Part shown: positions 47,801 to 59,720 of the stretch, piece by piece
Layout: the number at the start of each line of letters is the position of its first letter
Position numbering within the stretch: the first letter of the stretch is position 1
Assembly: GCA_964035575.1 (NCBI GenBank)
Contig: OZ037843.1
Location: 1,364,001 to 1,428,000 of the forward strand
Reading direction: 5' to 3'
From: Rhynchopus sp. YZ270_cl-10
Lineage: Eukaryota
Length of the DNA: 64,000 nucleotides
Program-made: the position numbers and the translations under genes
Notes under the pieces: generated by a model
Told to the model about the DNA's origin: nothing
What the model saw: only the letters and a program-made list of their open reading frames with translations
Databases searched by the model: none

Positions 47801-50723
47801 AGTCGTCCATTAAGGATTCAATATTTCCCGGAGGTCTGACTTCGCATACTGCCATCCAATGCCATCGCTTTGGGAGAGTGACTTGCCTTGCGTCATCGGA
47901 TGACTCCAGGGCTTGCGCAAACTTTAAGGTTTCGGGACCGCTTGTGAAAAATAGGGCTCTGGTGCATGTTGAGGAAGAGGGGAGCCGGTCATCTCCGGAA
48001 GCGGTGTTGCTTTGTGAAGCCTCGTATGCTTCCCCCGCTGACCAGCTGTGAAACTACCTCAATCGCGTGGTTCGTGATCGCTGTGATTGCTCCTTCGTGT
48101 CTGAGGAGTATTGGAGCACCCTCCGCTTGATGGCAGACGGCCTGACGCAGACGCTTGGGGATCACACACCCTCGGTGCTACAGGATCTTGAGGGTTTGGC
48201 GCACTGTTGGCTGCGTGCTCGGTGGATCACAAGAAGAGGTTGAAGCTTGTAGACACCAGCACCGGCACGAGTCAAGTCACAAGGAGCTTAGGAGAACTGA
48301 CGTGCGGTGGGGAAGGTTCCCTCCGACCGTCCGGACTTGGCGGTCTGCACCCCCATCCTCGTCAAGAATTGGCCAGAGCACATGGCAACCAGAGCAGTGA
48401 CCGGTCCGACGGTCGCACGTGAGCGTCGCTCCTCCGGAAGCTGGTAGTGGCCCAAGTCCACACGGACTAGAAGCCGCCGATGAGCAGGAAACTGCAGGAG
48501 CGCATGCCACAAGGGCTAACGAAACCATGGTAATGGGCCTATGTGGGGTTACAGGCGTGTATATGGTGTAACCACAGATGCTCAAAACACCCGATTTTTA
48601 CGTTTTTTTGCATTTTTCGGTGCCCCAAGACCCACCCCAGGGGTCTAAAAAATTTTCGGAAAAAAAATTTTTTTTTCCAGATTTTGCTAAGGTAAAATGT
48701 GACTGTGAAAACGATCCTCAAAATAGAGGATCCTCAAAATTCCCGTTTTTCCCTTTTTTCCCCTTTCCCCTTAGTCATTTTTCCCGTTGCCTTGTCGAAA
48801 AAAAAAAGTGAAAATTTTTCGCAAATTTCGATCCTACGACCACCCACAGGTGACGAAAACTCGATTTTTTTGAAAAAAAAAATTTTTTTTTTTGGTCAAA
48901 CACGGCCTTGCCTAGCCACTTTTGGGTATAGTATAGGCTTGTTCAGAGACGTGTATATGGTGTAACCACAGATGCTCAAAACACCCGATTTTTGCGTTTT
49001 TTGGCATTTTTCGGTGCCCCAAGACCCACCCCAGGGGGCCAAAAAATTTTCGAAAAAAAAAATTTTTTTTTCACCTGAAAATTGCCTTGTCAAAAAAAAA
49101 AAATTTTTTTTTTTGGAAAAAAAAATGGCAAAGACAAAGGGAAAAACGGGAGAAAAGGGAAAAACGGGAAATTTGAACACCCTCCTCAGGGATTTTTTTT
49201 TATAAAAAAACATTTTGCAAACAACGACGCAGTGTAACGCAGCGTAACGTAGTGGTTGTTAGGAAATAATACAAACCGTAAGGATCGGACCTTTTTGGAA
49301 TCGAAGGATGAATTCGTGTGTATAATTCGTTATTCTTGTATTTGTTTCCTCTCTCTCTTTTTCTCCCCAACCTCTGCTCCCCGACTCCAATTCAACCAAC
49401 ACTCACAGACGGGGCCAAAACAAGCTCTGCGTTTCAAAGATGATATGGGTGGCTTTTTTTTGCCCCCCCACGTTTCATTTCACGAGTTTTTTTTTTTTTT
49501 TTTGCACTATCAACTTCACTTTTTTTTCTTCCTTACGTAGTGTTATTAGAAACTCGAATAATAAAGCCAACGTTTACCGACTATTTTCTCCTCCCCTTAA
49601 AAAATCACTTGTGCCAAAATTCAGATCTCATACACTGATATTGGCTGCGTTCAACGAAAATAATCTTCCCCCCTTTTTCTAGTCGAGTAATCAAGATCAG
49701 TTGGCGACTGTAAGAGTCGAGTTTCTCGCAAAGACATTTTTCACCCACACTCTCCAACTCTCCAATCCGCCCCCTCCTCCCCGATTTTTCCATTCGTGAT
49801 TTTTCCTCCCATTACCCCCGTTTTTTAAAGCAGAGTCTGTACATTAATATTTTCTGCTCCTTGGCTTTCTTCGTTTACTTTGAAGGTGCCTGCATTGACA
49901 GCTACAGGTTGTCACCCTGTAGTAAAGGGGGGGGCCCAAATAAGTTTACCCCCAAATAATACACGGATGCTACCAGATCTGGCCAGATTTGGGGGCCAAT
50001 TTCCCAGATCTGGCTCGTTTTCCAGATGTGGAGATCTTGTTTCCAGATCTGGCCAGATCTGGCCCGATCTGGGAATCTGGGAAAATTTTTTTTTTCAAAA
50101 AAAAAAAAAAAATCCCAGATCTGGCCAGATCTGGAAATCTGGCCAAATTTTTTTTTTTTCTCAGATTTCTGGCTATTGTCTCCCAGGGAAAGGGACTCTC
50201 GAATTTTTTTTTTTTGCCCCCTTTGAGGGCGAATTTCGACTATTTGAGGCCATTAAAAGCAAAATTTGGCACTTTTGAGCATCTGTGGGGGTCTAAAACG
50301 CGGTTTTGCGCACCCAAAATTTCGTGGTTTTTACCAAGGACAAGTCGATTTTTAAAAAATCTGGAAAAAAAAAATTTTTTTTTTTTCCTGGGAAAAATTT
50401 GACCTGCGTTGGGTTTTTGGGCACCAAAAAGTGCAAAATCGGGTGTTCTTCGGCGAGAGGCATGTTTTGTCCTCCCTCGAGCGCTCACCCGAGGCTGGCC
50501 GGAGAGGAGGAAATAGCTCTTTAGTCACAGACGCAGTGGTGGGTTTGTCCGTGCAGTGATGTTCCAGTACCTGGTAAGTAGACCGAGCGCAAGGTATGTT
50601 CTCCCCCGCCCCCCTGTTTTTGAGCTTCAATTTACATCCGAGGGATTTTGTTGTACACGCACCATCAACCAGTGTTCTCTACAAATAAAACCACCAAAAA
50701 AAAATAATCAAAAAAGCCACAAA

Positions 50724-53700
50724 ATGCCAAAACGTATCTGGGAGAGCGAGAGCGAGGAAGACGAATCAGCCTCGCGCGACCCAACACAGGAACCAATGTT
50801 GCTGGACTTGACCCCAACTCCGGAGGACCCAGCGGCGAACGCCGACGTCGACGAAGGCGACGATGAGGTAAAAGTGTGGGAGGCAAAGGTGGAGGATATG
50901 CCTTCGCCAGCTCATCGCTGTTTCGACAACCTGTTGAAGCAGTTCATGAAGCTGCAGAAAGGGCCTCTGATGGACCTTGCGAAGACAGCTTCGCTCAAGC
51001 TGAATGAGAAGAAGCAGCAAAACACTATCGCATTCATTGCTGATAAACTTGCTCGCTTAAAACTCAAAAAAAAGATTGAGGGGGGGGGAATCCCTGGAAC
51101 CACCACCACCACCACCACGCGCAAATTTATCGGAAAGAGGTGGTAAACGGCAAAAGTTGATTGTCAACCTCAGCCAGCGCACCACGCCACCACCAATGAC
51201 CCAAGGAGAAGGGGCTACACCAAGTGCTGATTCAGTTACTGGAGGTTCTCCACCACCTAAAGTTCTTGAGATCCCAGACACTATTCTTGCCTGGAAGAAC
51301 GTTATTCCAGCCCTTACGTTCGTGAAGGTCTCTGAGACGAACACCTGGCGTTGCTCCGGAACACTCAGCCGCTCAGGATTCACACACCCCTCTCAGAAAG
51401 TTCCTGCGTGTACCGCGTGCAAGCTGGCCTGGGGGTGGGATCGGAACAGATGCGACGCTGCGTCACACTTTGGTACTCCCGCATGCAAGCGAGCCCGAGC
51501 CTCGAGCACAGCAGCTGCGGAGAGGGCCGAGAAGTCTGCGGAGGTGGGGGAAGGTGTGGAAGAGCTGATCGCTACAGCTCTTCTGTTCACTGGGGTGTCT
51601 GCCGGTGACATGGACGTCTTCCTCACCTGCCTGGAAGGGCAGACCATCCCGACGAAGCGACCAAAGGCTCAAACTATGAAGAACAAGTTTGAGCCGGTCC
51701 TCACCGGAAGAGCGCTTTCTCACATAGTAGATAAGTTGAAGGACACAAGGTATCGTTCAATTTCACTTTTTTATCAAGTGCTAGTATACACACATTGAAC
51801 CCCCGAGACTCTCCGAGAGTGTTTTCGAGTATTTTAGCGATTCCAAAAAAAAAAAAAAAAAAAAAACTTTCGAAAAATCCCCGAAAAAGAAAAAGAAAAC
51901 TCTCTGAGTGTGTATTTTCTTTTTCGGAGAGTTTTCGAGAGTTTTCTAATATATTTCGGGGAGGATTCGCGATTGATAGCGAATACTCTCCGAAATATAT
52001 TAATAAAAACTCTCGAAAACTCCCCGAAAAAAATGCTCTCTGAGTGTTTATTTTTTTCGTGGGGTTTTCGAGAGTTTTTTTTTAAAATATATTTCGGGGA
52101 GGATTCGCGATTGATAGCGAATACTCTCCGAAATATATTAATAAAAACTCTCGAAAACTCCCCGAAAAAAATGCTCTCTGAGTGTTTATTTTTTTCGTGG
52201 GGTTTTCGAGAGTTTTTTTTTAAAATATATTTCGGGGAGGATTCGCGATTGATAGCGAATACTCTCCGAAATATATTAATAAAAACTCTCGAAAACTCCC
52301 CGAAAAAAATGCTCTCTGAGTGTTTATTTTTTTCGTGGGGTTTTCGAGAGTTTTTTTTTTAAATATATTTCGGGGAGGATTCGCGATTGATAGCGAATAC
52401 TCTCCGAAATATATTAATAAAAACTCTCGAAAACTCCCCGAAAAAAATGCTCTCTGAGTGTTTATTTTTTTCGTGGGGTTTTCGAGAGTTTTTTTTTTAA
52501 ATATATTTCGGGGAGGATTCGCGATTGATAGCGAATACTCTCCGAAATATATTAATAAAAACTCTCGAAAACTCCCCGAAAAAAATGCTCTCTGAGTGTT
52601 TATTTTTTTCGTGGGGTTTTCGAGAGTTTTTTTTTTAAATATATTTCGGGGAGGATTCGCGATTGATAGCGAATACTCTCCGAAATATATTTCAAAACAC
52701 TCTCTCAGACTCTGAGAGGGGTTTTTTTTGGAATTTTGGGACTTTCTGCCAAACTCTCGGAAACTCTCGGGGACTTCAATGTATGGAGTACTAGCAGCCT
52801 TCTTCTTCTCCCCCCCTTTTTTTGTGCATCACATGAAAAATTCACAAAAGGTACTCCCTTCACCACGATGGGTCTAACATACTGGACACAGCCTCGTGCG
52901 CTTTGTGCGTGTCGTCCCGGACGATAAACGCTGTACTTCCTCCTATCATCAAACCAGATGGTACACATCATTCAGGAGCAGAGTTAGCATTAGCGTTTAA
53001 GGAACGACTGGCTGCTATGAAGTTGCATCTCCCTTTCGTCATTCGCAGCGATCGCGGCGGCGGCGACGGGGCGGCCAGTCGCTTGTTTGCGGAGGCTCTG
53101 GGAGTCACATTTCTCGCTTGTTTTGCTCACCTCTTGCACAATGTTCTGAAAGACGCATTGACTGCAATGAAGGCGGCGAAACTGGTAGGGTACCGCATCG
53201 CTCTGTTGATGACATACCTTTTTACTGGGGGAATGAACAAACTTCGCCATACGCGCTGGGTTCATGCACAGAACCATGAGAAGCCCCAGATGAAGGGTTT
53301 GCGCGATGCCAGGGAGAAACTCGCTGCGAGAATGAGTAGAATGTTGCCTGAGGAAGAAAAAGGGGTGGTCGACAGGCACGTCAAACTATGTCAACAAGTT
53401 TTGCCCCAGAGGACGTTTGCTTCAACCAGCGCGAAAGAGCTGCTGCAGAAGATTGAGGAGACCCTAGGCGAAGAGCCGGAGACGGAGAAGCCTGCGGCTA
53501 AGAAAATGCCACTGCTTACTGGTGTAAAATACATCTCAACTGTCGATGCTTTCCATCACCTACGGGAGCGGGTGGACGACATGTATAGGTTTTGTGTCCA
53601 GGAGCTGAAGCGTTCCCCGAACCCGTGCGATAGCCTGAATGAACTTGGGGAACTGTTGGCGAACCACTCGCCTGAGGAGACGAGGAGGCTGATTGGGCAC

Positions 53701-54417
53701 GTCTGTGAGGTGATAGATCCTGTGGGGGATCTGTTGCGCCAATACTCTGACGCTCAACGTCACGGGGGTGAACATGTTTTTGCCGATGTGTCAAAATTGA
53801 AGGCCAAGCTCAAGGAACTTGGCGACACTGAAACGTGCGCTCTGCGGAGTGTGGCAAATCACCTGCTAGAGACCCTGAATGGTTATTGGGATGGGAGTGA
53901 GGGGGGGGCTAATTTTTGGAGGGCAGTTCGGCATTTGGATCCAAACGGCCTTCTCTCTGCCCGCGATGGTGGTCAAGAGATGACGTTGGAGCAGCTGAAT
54001 CGTGCACTACCTCTCACCATTAGTGATGATGATTGGAAGGAATATTCAACTGCCGCAGAGGACACCAGCACGCAAACCGCGTTCCAGTTTTGGGAGGGGT
54101 ACACGGGCTCCTCTTCTATGAAGACTGCTGCGTTGGACGTGCTGAGCATCTCCCCCTCATCGACAGTTTGTGACTCGTTTTTTAGTGTTGCACAGCGAGT
54201 GCTGGGGAAGTCCCCCAATTCCAGTTGTGCCACCAGGGCCACAACAACCTTTCATTGTGCAAACATGGATTTGGTAAATGACTTTTCGGGTCTCCCATCA
54301 GGTTTCCCACACACATTCCCGGATGACTCAGGAAGTGATGACGAGAGCGATACACTTCCATATTATTCCGTAGGTGAGAGCAGGACTATTCTGCAAGGAA
54401 TGTTCTCTACAAAGTGA
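50724..54417 (+). CDS. Divergent hAT-like transposase in two exons (50724-51749, 52851-54417), with one homopolymer frameshift near 51065-51088
   Basis: The GT-AG intron 51750-52850 joins ...DKLKDTR to YSLHHDGS in frame with ORF 52903-54417. Motifs: SLHHDG (D1), IRSDRG (D2), CFAHLLHN (CxxH), FQFW, LSISPSSTVCDSFFS (hATC). A Cys/His cluster in exon 1 is Zn-finger-like. Removing one base from the G9 or A8 run fuses ORFs 50556-51146 and 51076-51798. Confidence 0.75.
51779..52796. mobile_element. TIR-bounded insertion inside the hAT-2 intron
   Basis: Imperfect ~45-bp terminal inverted repeats: TGCTAGTA..ACATTGAA.CCCCGAGA.T.TCCGAGAGT at the left, with its reverse complement at ~52752-52796. Confidence 0.7.
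51900..52692. repeat. Tandem array of ~6 units with a 138-bp period, each unit a long imperfect palindrome
   Basis: GAGGATTCGC recurs at 51961, 52099, 52237, 52375, 52513 and 52651. Arms GGGGTTTTCGAGAGTTTTT/AAAAACTCTCGAAAACTCCCC and AATATATTTCGG/CCGAAATATATT pair within each unit. Confidence 0.92.
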
Positions 54418-57400
54418 TGAATGCCCCTCTCGTGCATATGTTTACTTTTGTCTGAAACATTTACCGTCTCTGACACCTTCTACACTATTTTTTTCTTTTT
54501 CCAAGACATGTGTGAATTTCTAAAAAAATTCAGTCCAAGAGTCGTTTTTTTCCTCCCCACATCTCATACACACATTACACATTCAATTTTTCGTTCATCA
54601 TTGTGAGCAGCGTTTGGCGATTTTCAAAAAGCTTTCCAAGCTTTAACATGTTTTTACATTTTGTCTGAAACATTTACCGTCTCTGACACCTTCTTCACTA
54701 ACTTTTCTTGTTTTTGCATTCTTTTAAAAAAAAAAAAAAAAGCAAGGGTACATTTTTCGCACCCTCTTTACCTTCTTTTCGTTTAGAAAAGAAAGTATAT
54801 GAAATATTTGTTACAAGACATGTGTGTATTTCTAAAAAATTTCAGTCCAAGAGTAGTTTTTTCCTCTGGTGCTCCCCACATCTCATACACGCATTACACA
54901 TTCAATTTTTCGTTCATCATTGTGAGCAGTGTTTGGCGTTTTTCAAAAAGCTTTCCAAGCTTTAACATGTTTTTACATTTTGTCTGAAACATTTACCGTC
55001 TCTGACTCCACCCCCTCCTCCCTAGTTCATACTCAAGGGCATCTCCCCTTTCGTGCACCGCTTAGTGGTGTCCTTCCGTAATTATCCAAAGTTTTCTTTT
55101 CCCCACCCCCCCACCCCTTTGCTTTAACTTTGCTTGCACATCCCGCCCCCCCCCCCCCCCGTCCCCTACCCCATGAAGGAAAAAAGCTCTGTTTTAACCC
55201 CCCGAATTTCACTCCCGCCCCCTCTTCGACATTGTCCCGCTCCGGATGTAAATTGAAGCTATTTTTTTTTATATTTTTATATATATTTTTTTTTGTTAAA
55301 ATGTCACTTTACACTCAACACTTCTCTCTTAACAGGTACCCCAACTGACGACCCTTCATCGTGACAGCGAAGCAGATCCGACCCATAGACCACCCTAATT
55401 ATTATGAAACTCTTAGTCAGTCACTGCTATAGCCATTTAACCCAGGGAGCATAGCTAGTGCAAGAAATTCGACTTCGGGATCCGGAAAGTCTGTCCTCTG
55501 CTCTTGCGGAGGACTAGGCACAAGAAAATATTGCGTTCCCCCAGAAAACCAATTTTTGTCAGAGTAATTTTTGCCCAGGGCATGCTCTTGAAGCATGGCG
55601 GCTTGGTGTGAGAAGGGGCAGTGTATTGTTTTGTTCTAGATTTCAACGGTTGTTAGAACGAGTCAAGTGGATGCTTATCTAAACACTGACTTTAGTACAG
55701 ACCCGAGAGATCACACATGACTTTGAGGAAAGAACAAAGCAATGCATCTGTACCCGCACGCCAGGTTGTAGTTACTTCAGAATTTTCTTGAGTTTGCATG
55801 AACGAGGAGGGGGTGATTCATTCTTCGGGAACGCCTAGTATACCATGGAATGATCATCTCAAAAAAACAGTGGGGGCTGAATTCATATCCCTTAGAATTG
55901 CGAATTCAGCCTTTGCAGAAGGTACGTCTTACTTGTACTTGTACTTGTATGCCGTGTCACCCTTCTCAACCTTACCGGTTCACAGCTCGCAAGAGCAATG
56001 TAACCCTTCTCGCTATTGCAAACTTAAGAATTTTCTGCTGTAACTTACCAAAATCGATTTTCTTTCACCCCAAACACCCGCAACACCCCACCTGCTACTT
56101 CGGTAGCCTGTGTTGTTGGGAGTTGGTTCTCATGTTGATCCCCAGTGTTTTGCACTGCTTCTTCTGAGCCCAACGCTGTTTGGCCTGTCGACGTAATAAA
56201 TACGAAGACAGGGCGGCGGTGCCAACAATTTTCCGATGATGTAACGTTTATCTGATTGATTTATCGTTTGATATACCTTGTTGTGTGTCCTACTTCGTAA
56301 CTTGCACACACGAGCAACGTATATTGAACGGTACTTCAAGCGATACTTCGTTATGTCATTGGGGTACCTGGAAAAAAAATTTTTCCCAGACGTCCCAGAT
56401 CTCCCAGATTTGGCCAGATCTGGCCAGATCTGGCCAGATCTGGGACGTCTGGGAAAATTTTTTTTTCAAAAAAAAAAAAAAAAAATTTCCAGATCTGGCC
56501 AGATCTGGGCGGCCCAGATCTGGAGATCTGGCCAGATCTGGCAGCATCCGTGATAATAGCTATTTTCCCAAATAACTTTTTTTTCCCTCAGATTTTGGGT
56601 GCCGAAAAAAGTTACCGAATAACTTCGCCCCCTCTCACCTCCTTTTTTATTTTTCAAAATTTTCCCCCAAACTGATAGTGTACTATATAAAATGGCGCCG
56701 CAGGCGAAAAAATTTTATGGTACGGTGTAAAAAGCTAGTTTTTTACACCACAGATATAATCATCTAGGCGGCAGCCACGCTGGAGAAGGAAGTCTGGGGC
56801 GAAACAGATTTAAAGCAGCATCATAATTCGGGCGGTCGGGTCTTCTGGGGTCTTTACCAAACTACAAAACAGGAAAACAGAAAATAAGAGTTGACCCTCC
56901 CGCCGACTCCCGACTTTTGGACCCCCAACCCCCGACCTCTGGTGTTGTCCTGCTACTGTGTACTATGGAAATTGATCAAAAACGAGAACTTGTCCATTTT
57001 GGCAAATTGACCCCACCACTGGCCGGACGGATTCCAAAAATGCAAATACCGGTGTCTAAAAGCTCCACCAAGTTGGCAACGAGAAAAAACCCTGTTTTCA
57101 GTGCCCAAATAAGTTTACCCCCAAATAACTTTTTTTTTTTGCCGCGATTTTGGCTTTTCAAAGTTACCGAATAATATAGTTATTTGGACCCCCCCCTTTA
57201 GGTGCAATTTTTTTTTTGGCAACTTTCATTTTCCCAAAATCAGGGACAGGGACAGGTTTTTAGAAATGGCCCTGACTGCATGTCCCTAAAAAAAGGGTAG
57301 ACTTTGTCTCCGTGCTCTTATTTTTTCTTCCGTAGCATTGAATGGAAAAACGAGCCTTCCCAAAGACAAACGGGAGAGGTGGTGAAACGCACACACAATC

Positions 57401-59720
57401 AAATACTCACACAGAAAAATCAAAAATACCGGTTTCCGCCCTTTTTGATTTGCATCATCTCACACCTGTGCTCTGTATCAGATAGCAAGATTTTTGCTGT
57501 GTTCTTCATTCATTGCGTGATTTTTGTGTTATTTTCATGCGAAGTGGCTTTACAGTCACATGACAATAGATATAGGACTACATGGTTGGGGTGCACCGGT
57601 ACACAGGGAATGTACCAAGGCACACTGTCACGAGAGAGCTGTTGTATTTCAAGTCAAACTTTGTTTGCGCCAGAAAGTCCTTTTTGTCCCTAAAAAACAG
57701 AAGTGGAGACAGCACAACTGTGGCAACACAACCGAGGTAACTACACTAATTGGGTGATCTATGAACGGGAGAGATTTTTTCACTAGCTCTCAGAAAGCTC
57801 TCACAAGCTCTCACAGGCTCTCACAGCTCTCACTCACGTTCTGAGGGGTTTTTTGTACTTTAGTGGTGTGGCTGGCCACATGTATTCTGTGGTGGTCAAA
57901 AGTAACAAAAAAAAACCCCCCCAACACATGAATGCCCCCGAAAACGGCATGACAACTGGTAGAAACACGGTAGGGAATCGGTTATGCAGCCACGCCGAAA
58001 AAGTTCAATTTTAAGCGAAACTTACACACACTTACGTACAACTGAGCATTACTGAGCACAATTACACCACAATTACAGCACAATTACAGCGGCCCTAAAC
58101 GGTACACTTTTGTGATTTTTCGTGATTTTTTTTTTTGCAACTGACGCGCTGGAGAGGCCCTGGCCAAACATGGCGTGTTAGGGGAAATATATTCGTCGCA
58201 CAGATAGATCAGAGACCCCACCCGATATGTTTTTCATTTTACCTCTTTTGTGCTCCGCCACCGACACTCCCATTTTCTGTACTTCAGGCAATAAGCATAA
58301 AATTGGAAGCGTGCAATGCAACAAACGGTCGAGATCTGATCAAGCGAAACGGATATATTTCCTTACACGTAGTGTTATTAGAAACTGGGATAATAAAGCC
58401 AACGTTTAATCGCCTGATACCGACTATTTTCTCCTCCCCTTTAAAAATCACTTGCGCCAAAATTCAGATCTCATACACTGTTTTTGGCTGCGTTCAACGA
58501 AAATAATCTTCCCCCCATGCACATCGGTTTCACATCATTCACCCACCATATAAAGGGAAATCACTGAAAAGATGTCCACCCTTTCAGGACTGAAACAGGG
58601 TTAATGTCAGAAACCAATCTACCTACCACCGAAGGTTCAATTTTGTGCATGAAACATTTTTTCTTTTTACGTTTTGCAAAACATACACCCTTTTTAAAAA
58701 AAGATGTGAACATTATTGATCCCGATACCTATGCTATCGATTTATTGAATGCATATGTTGACATACTTTTTTGTACTTTTAGTTTGCCTTGAGATGGCGT
58801 GGGGAATGCATGCGTATCCTATATAGAGATGCGGGGGACGGGTGGTCCTCTGCATCTGACACGCCCTCTCATCGGTTTCAGGGACTTTTAACTCTCTTGT
58901 CAAAGTTCTTTTCATCTTTCCATCACTGTACTTGTTCGCTATCGGTCTCCGGGAGATATTTAGCCTTAGCAGAGGGATACCTGCAGGGTCGTGTGAGTGA
59001 GACAGTGTCACTCCTGGAGAGCGTCCGCCTATGACGCTGTCGTCTGCCACGCAGAGGACAGCGTCACAGGCGAACGCTCTCCTCGCGGATGCACGATTAC
59101 GCCCACACAGATCAGTGGTCCTCTGCCGCCCAGGGTCGTGTGAGTGACGCAGTGTCCCTCCTGGAGATCCTTCCACACGGCTGTGGCATTGTGGCAGCGC
59201 TCTGCAGTGTCTTGCTCTCAAGAGTTTTGTTGTCTTCTTCATTAATTGCGTGATTTTTGTGTTATTTTCATGCGAAGTGGCTTTACAGTCAAATGACAAT
59301 AGATATAGGACTACATGGTTGGGGTGCACCGGTACACAGGGAATGTACCAAGTCAAATGTCAGATAGCAAGATTTTTGTTGTGTTCTTCATTCATTGCGT
59401 GATTTTTGTGTTATTTTCATGCGAAGTGGCTTTACAGTCACATGACAATAGATATAGGACTACATGGTTGGGGTGCACCGGTACACAGGGAATGTACCAA
59501 GGCACACTTTGTTTGCGCCAGAAAGTCCTTTTTGTCCCTAAAAAACAGAAAGTGAAGACAGCACAACTGTGGCAACACAACCGAGGTAACTACACTAGGC
59601 CAATGAAGATGAAATACACCCCCATACCCACATACTTTTGCCTTGTCTTGCATCCCGTCTGTCCCCACACCACACCACACATCCCAGACACTCTCTTCCC
59701 TTTCTGTACACCTCAGAACA

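Larger units (their letters stand above)
49962..56552 (+). mobile_element. hAT-like DNA transposon (hAT-2), 6.6 kb, with 6-bp TSD
   Basis: TIR CACGGATGCT(A/G)CCAGATCTGGCC at both ends; flanking direct repeat ATAATA; subterminal arrays of the palindromic decamer CCAGATCTGG at ~49972-50145 and ~56385-56542; encloses a transposase gene. Confidence 0.85.
49923..57200. mobile_element. Outer non-autonomous TIR element into which hAT-2 inserted
   Basis: TAAAGGGGGGGG(C/T)CCAAATAA at 49923 and its reverse complement ending at 57200. The subterminal motifs CCCAAATAA and GTTACCGAATAA continue across the hAT-2 insertion point and recur at ~57103-57180. Confidence 0.7.

Noticed and set aside
51900..52692. 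CRISPR-like array
   Set aside because: Units are near-identical over their whole length with no unique spacers; no cas genes; eukaryotic context.
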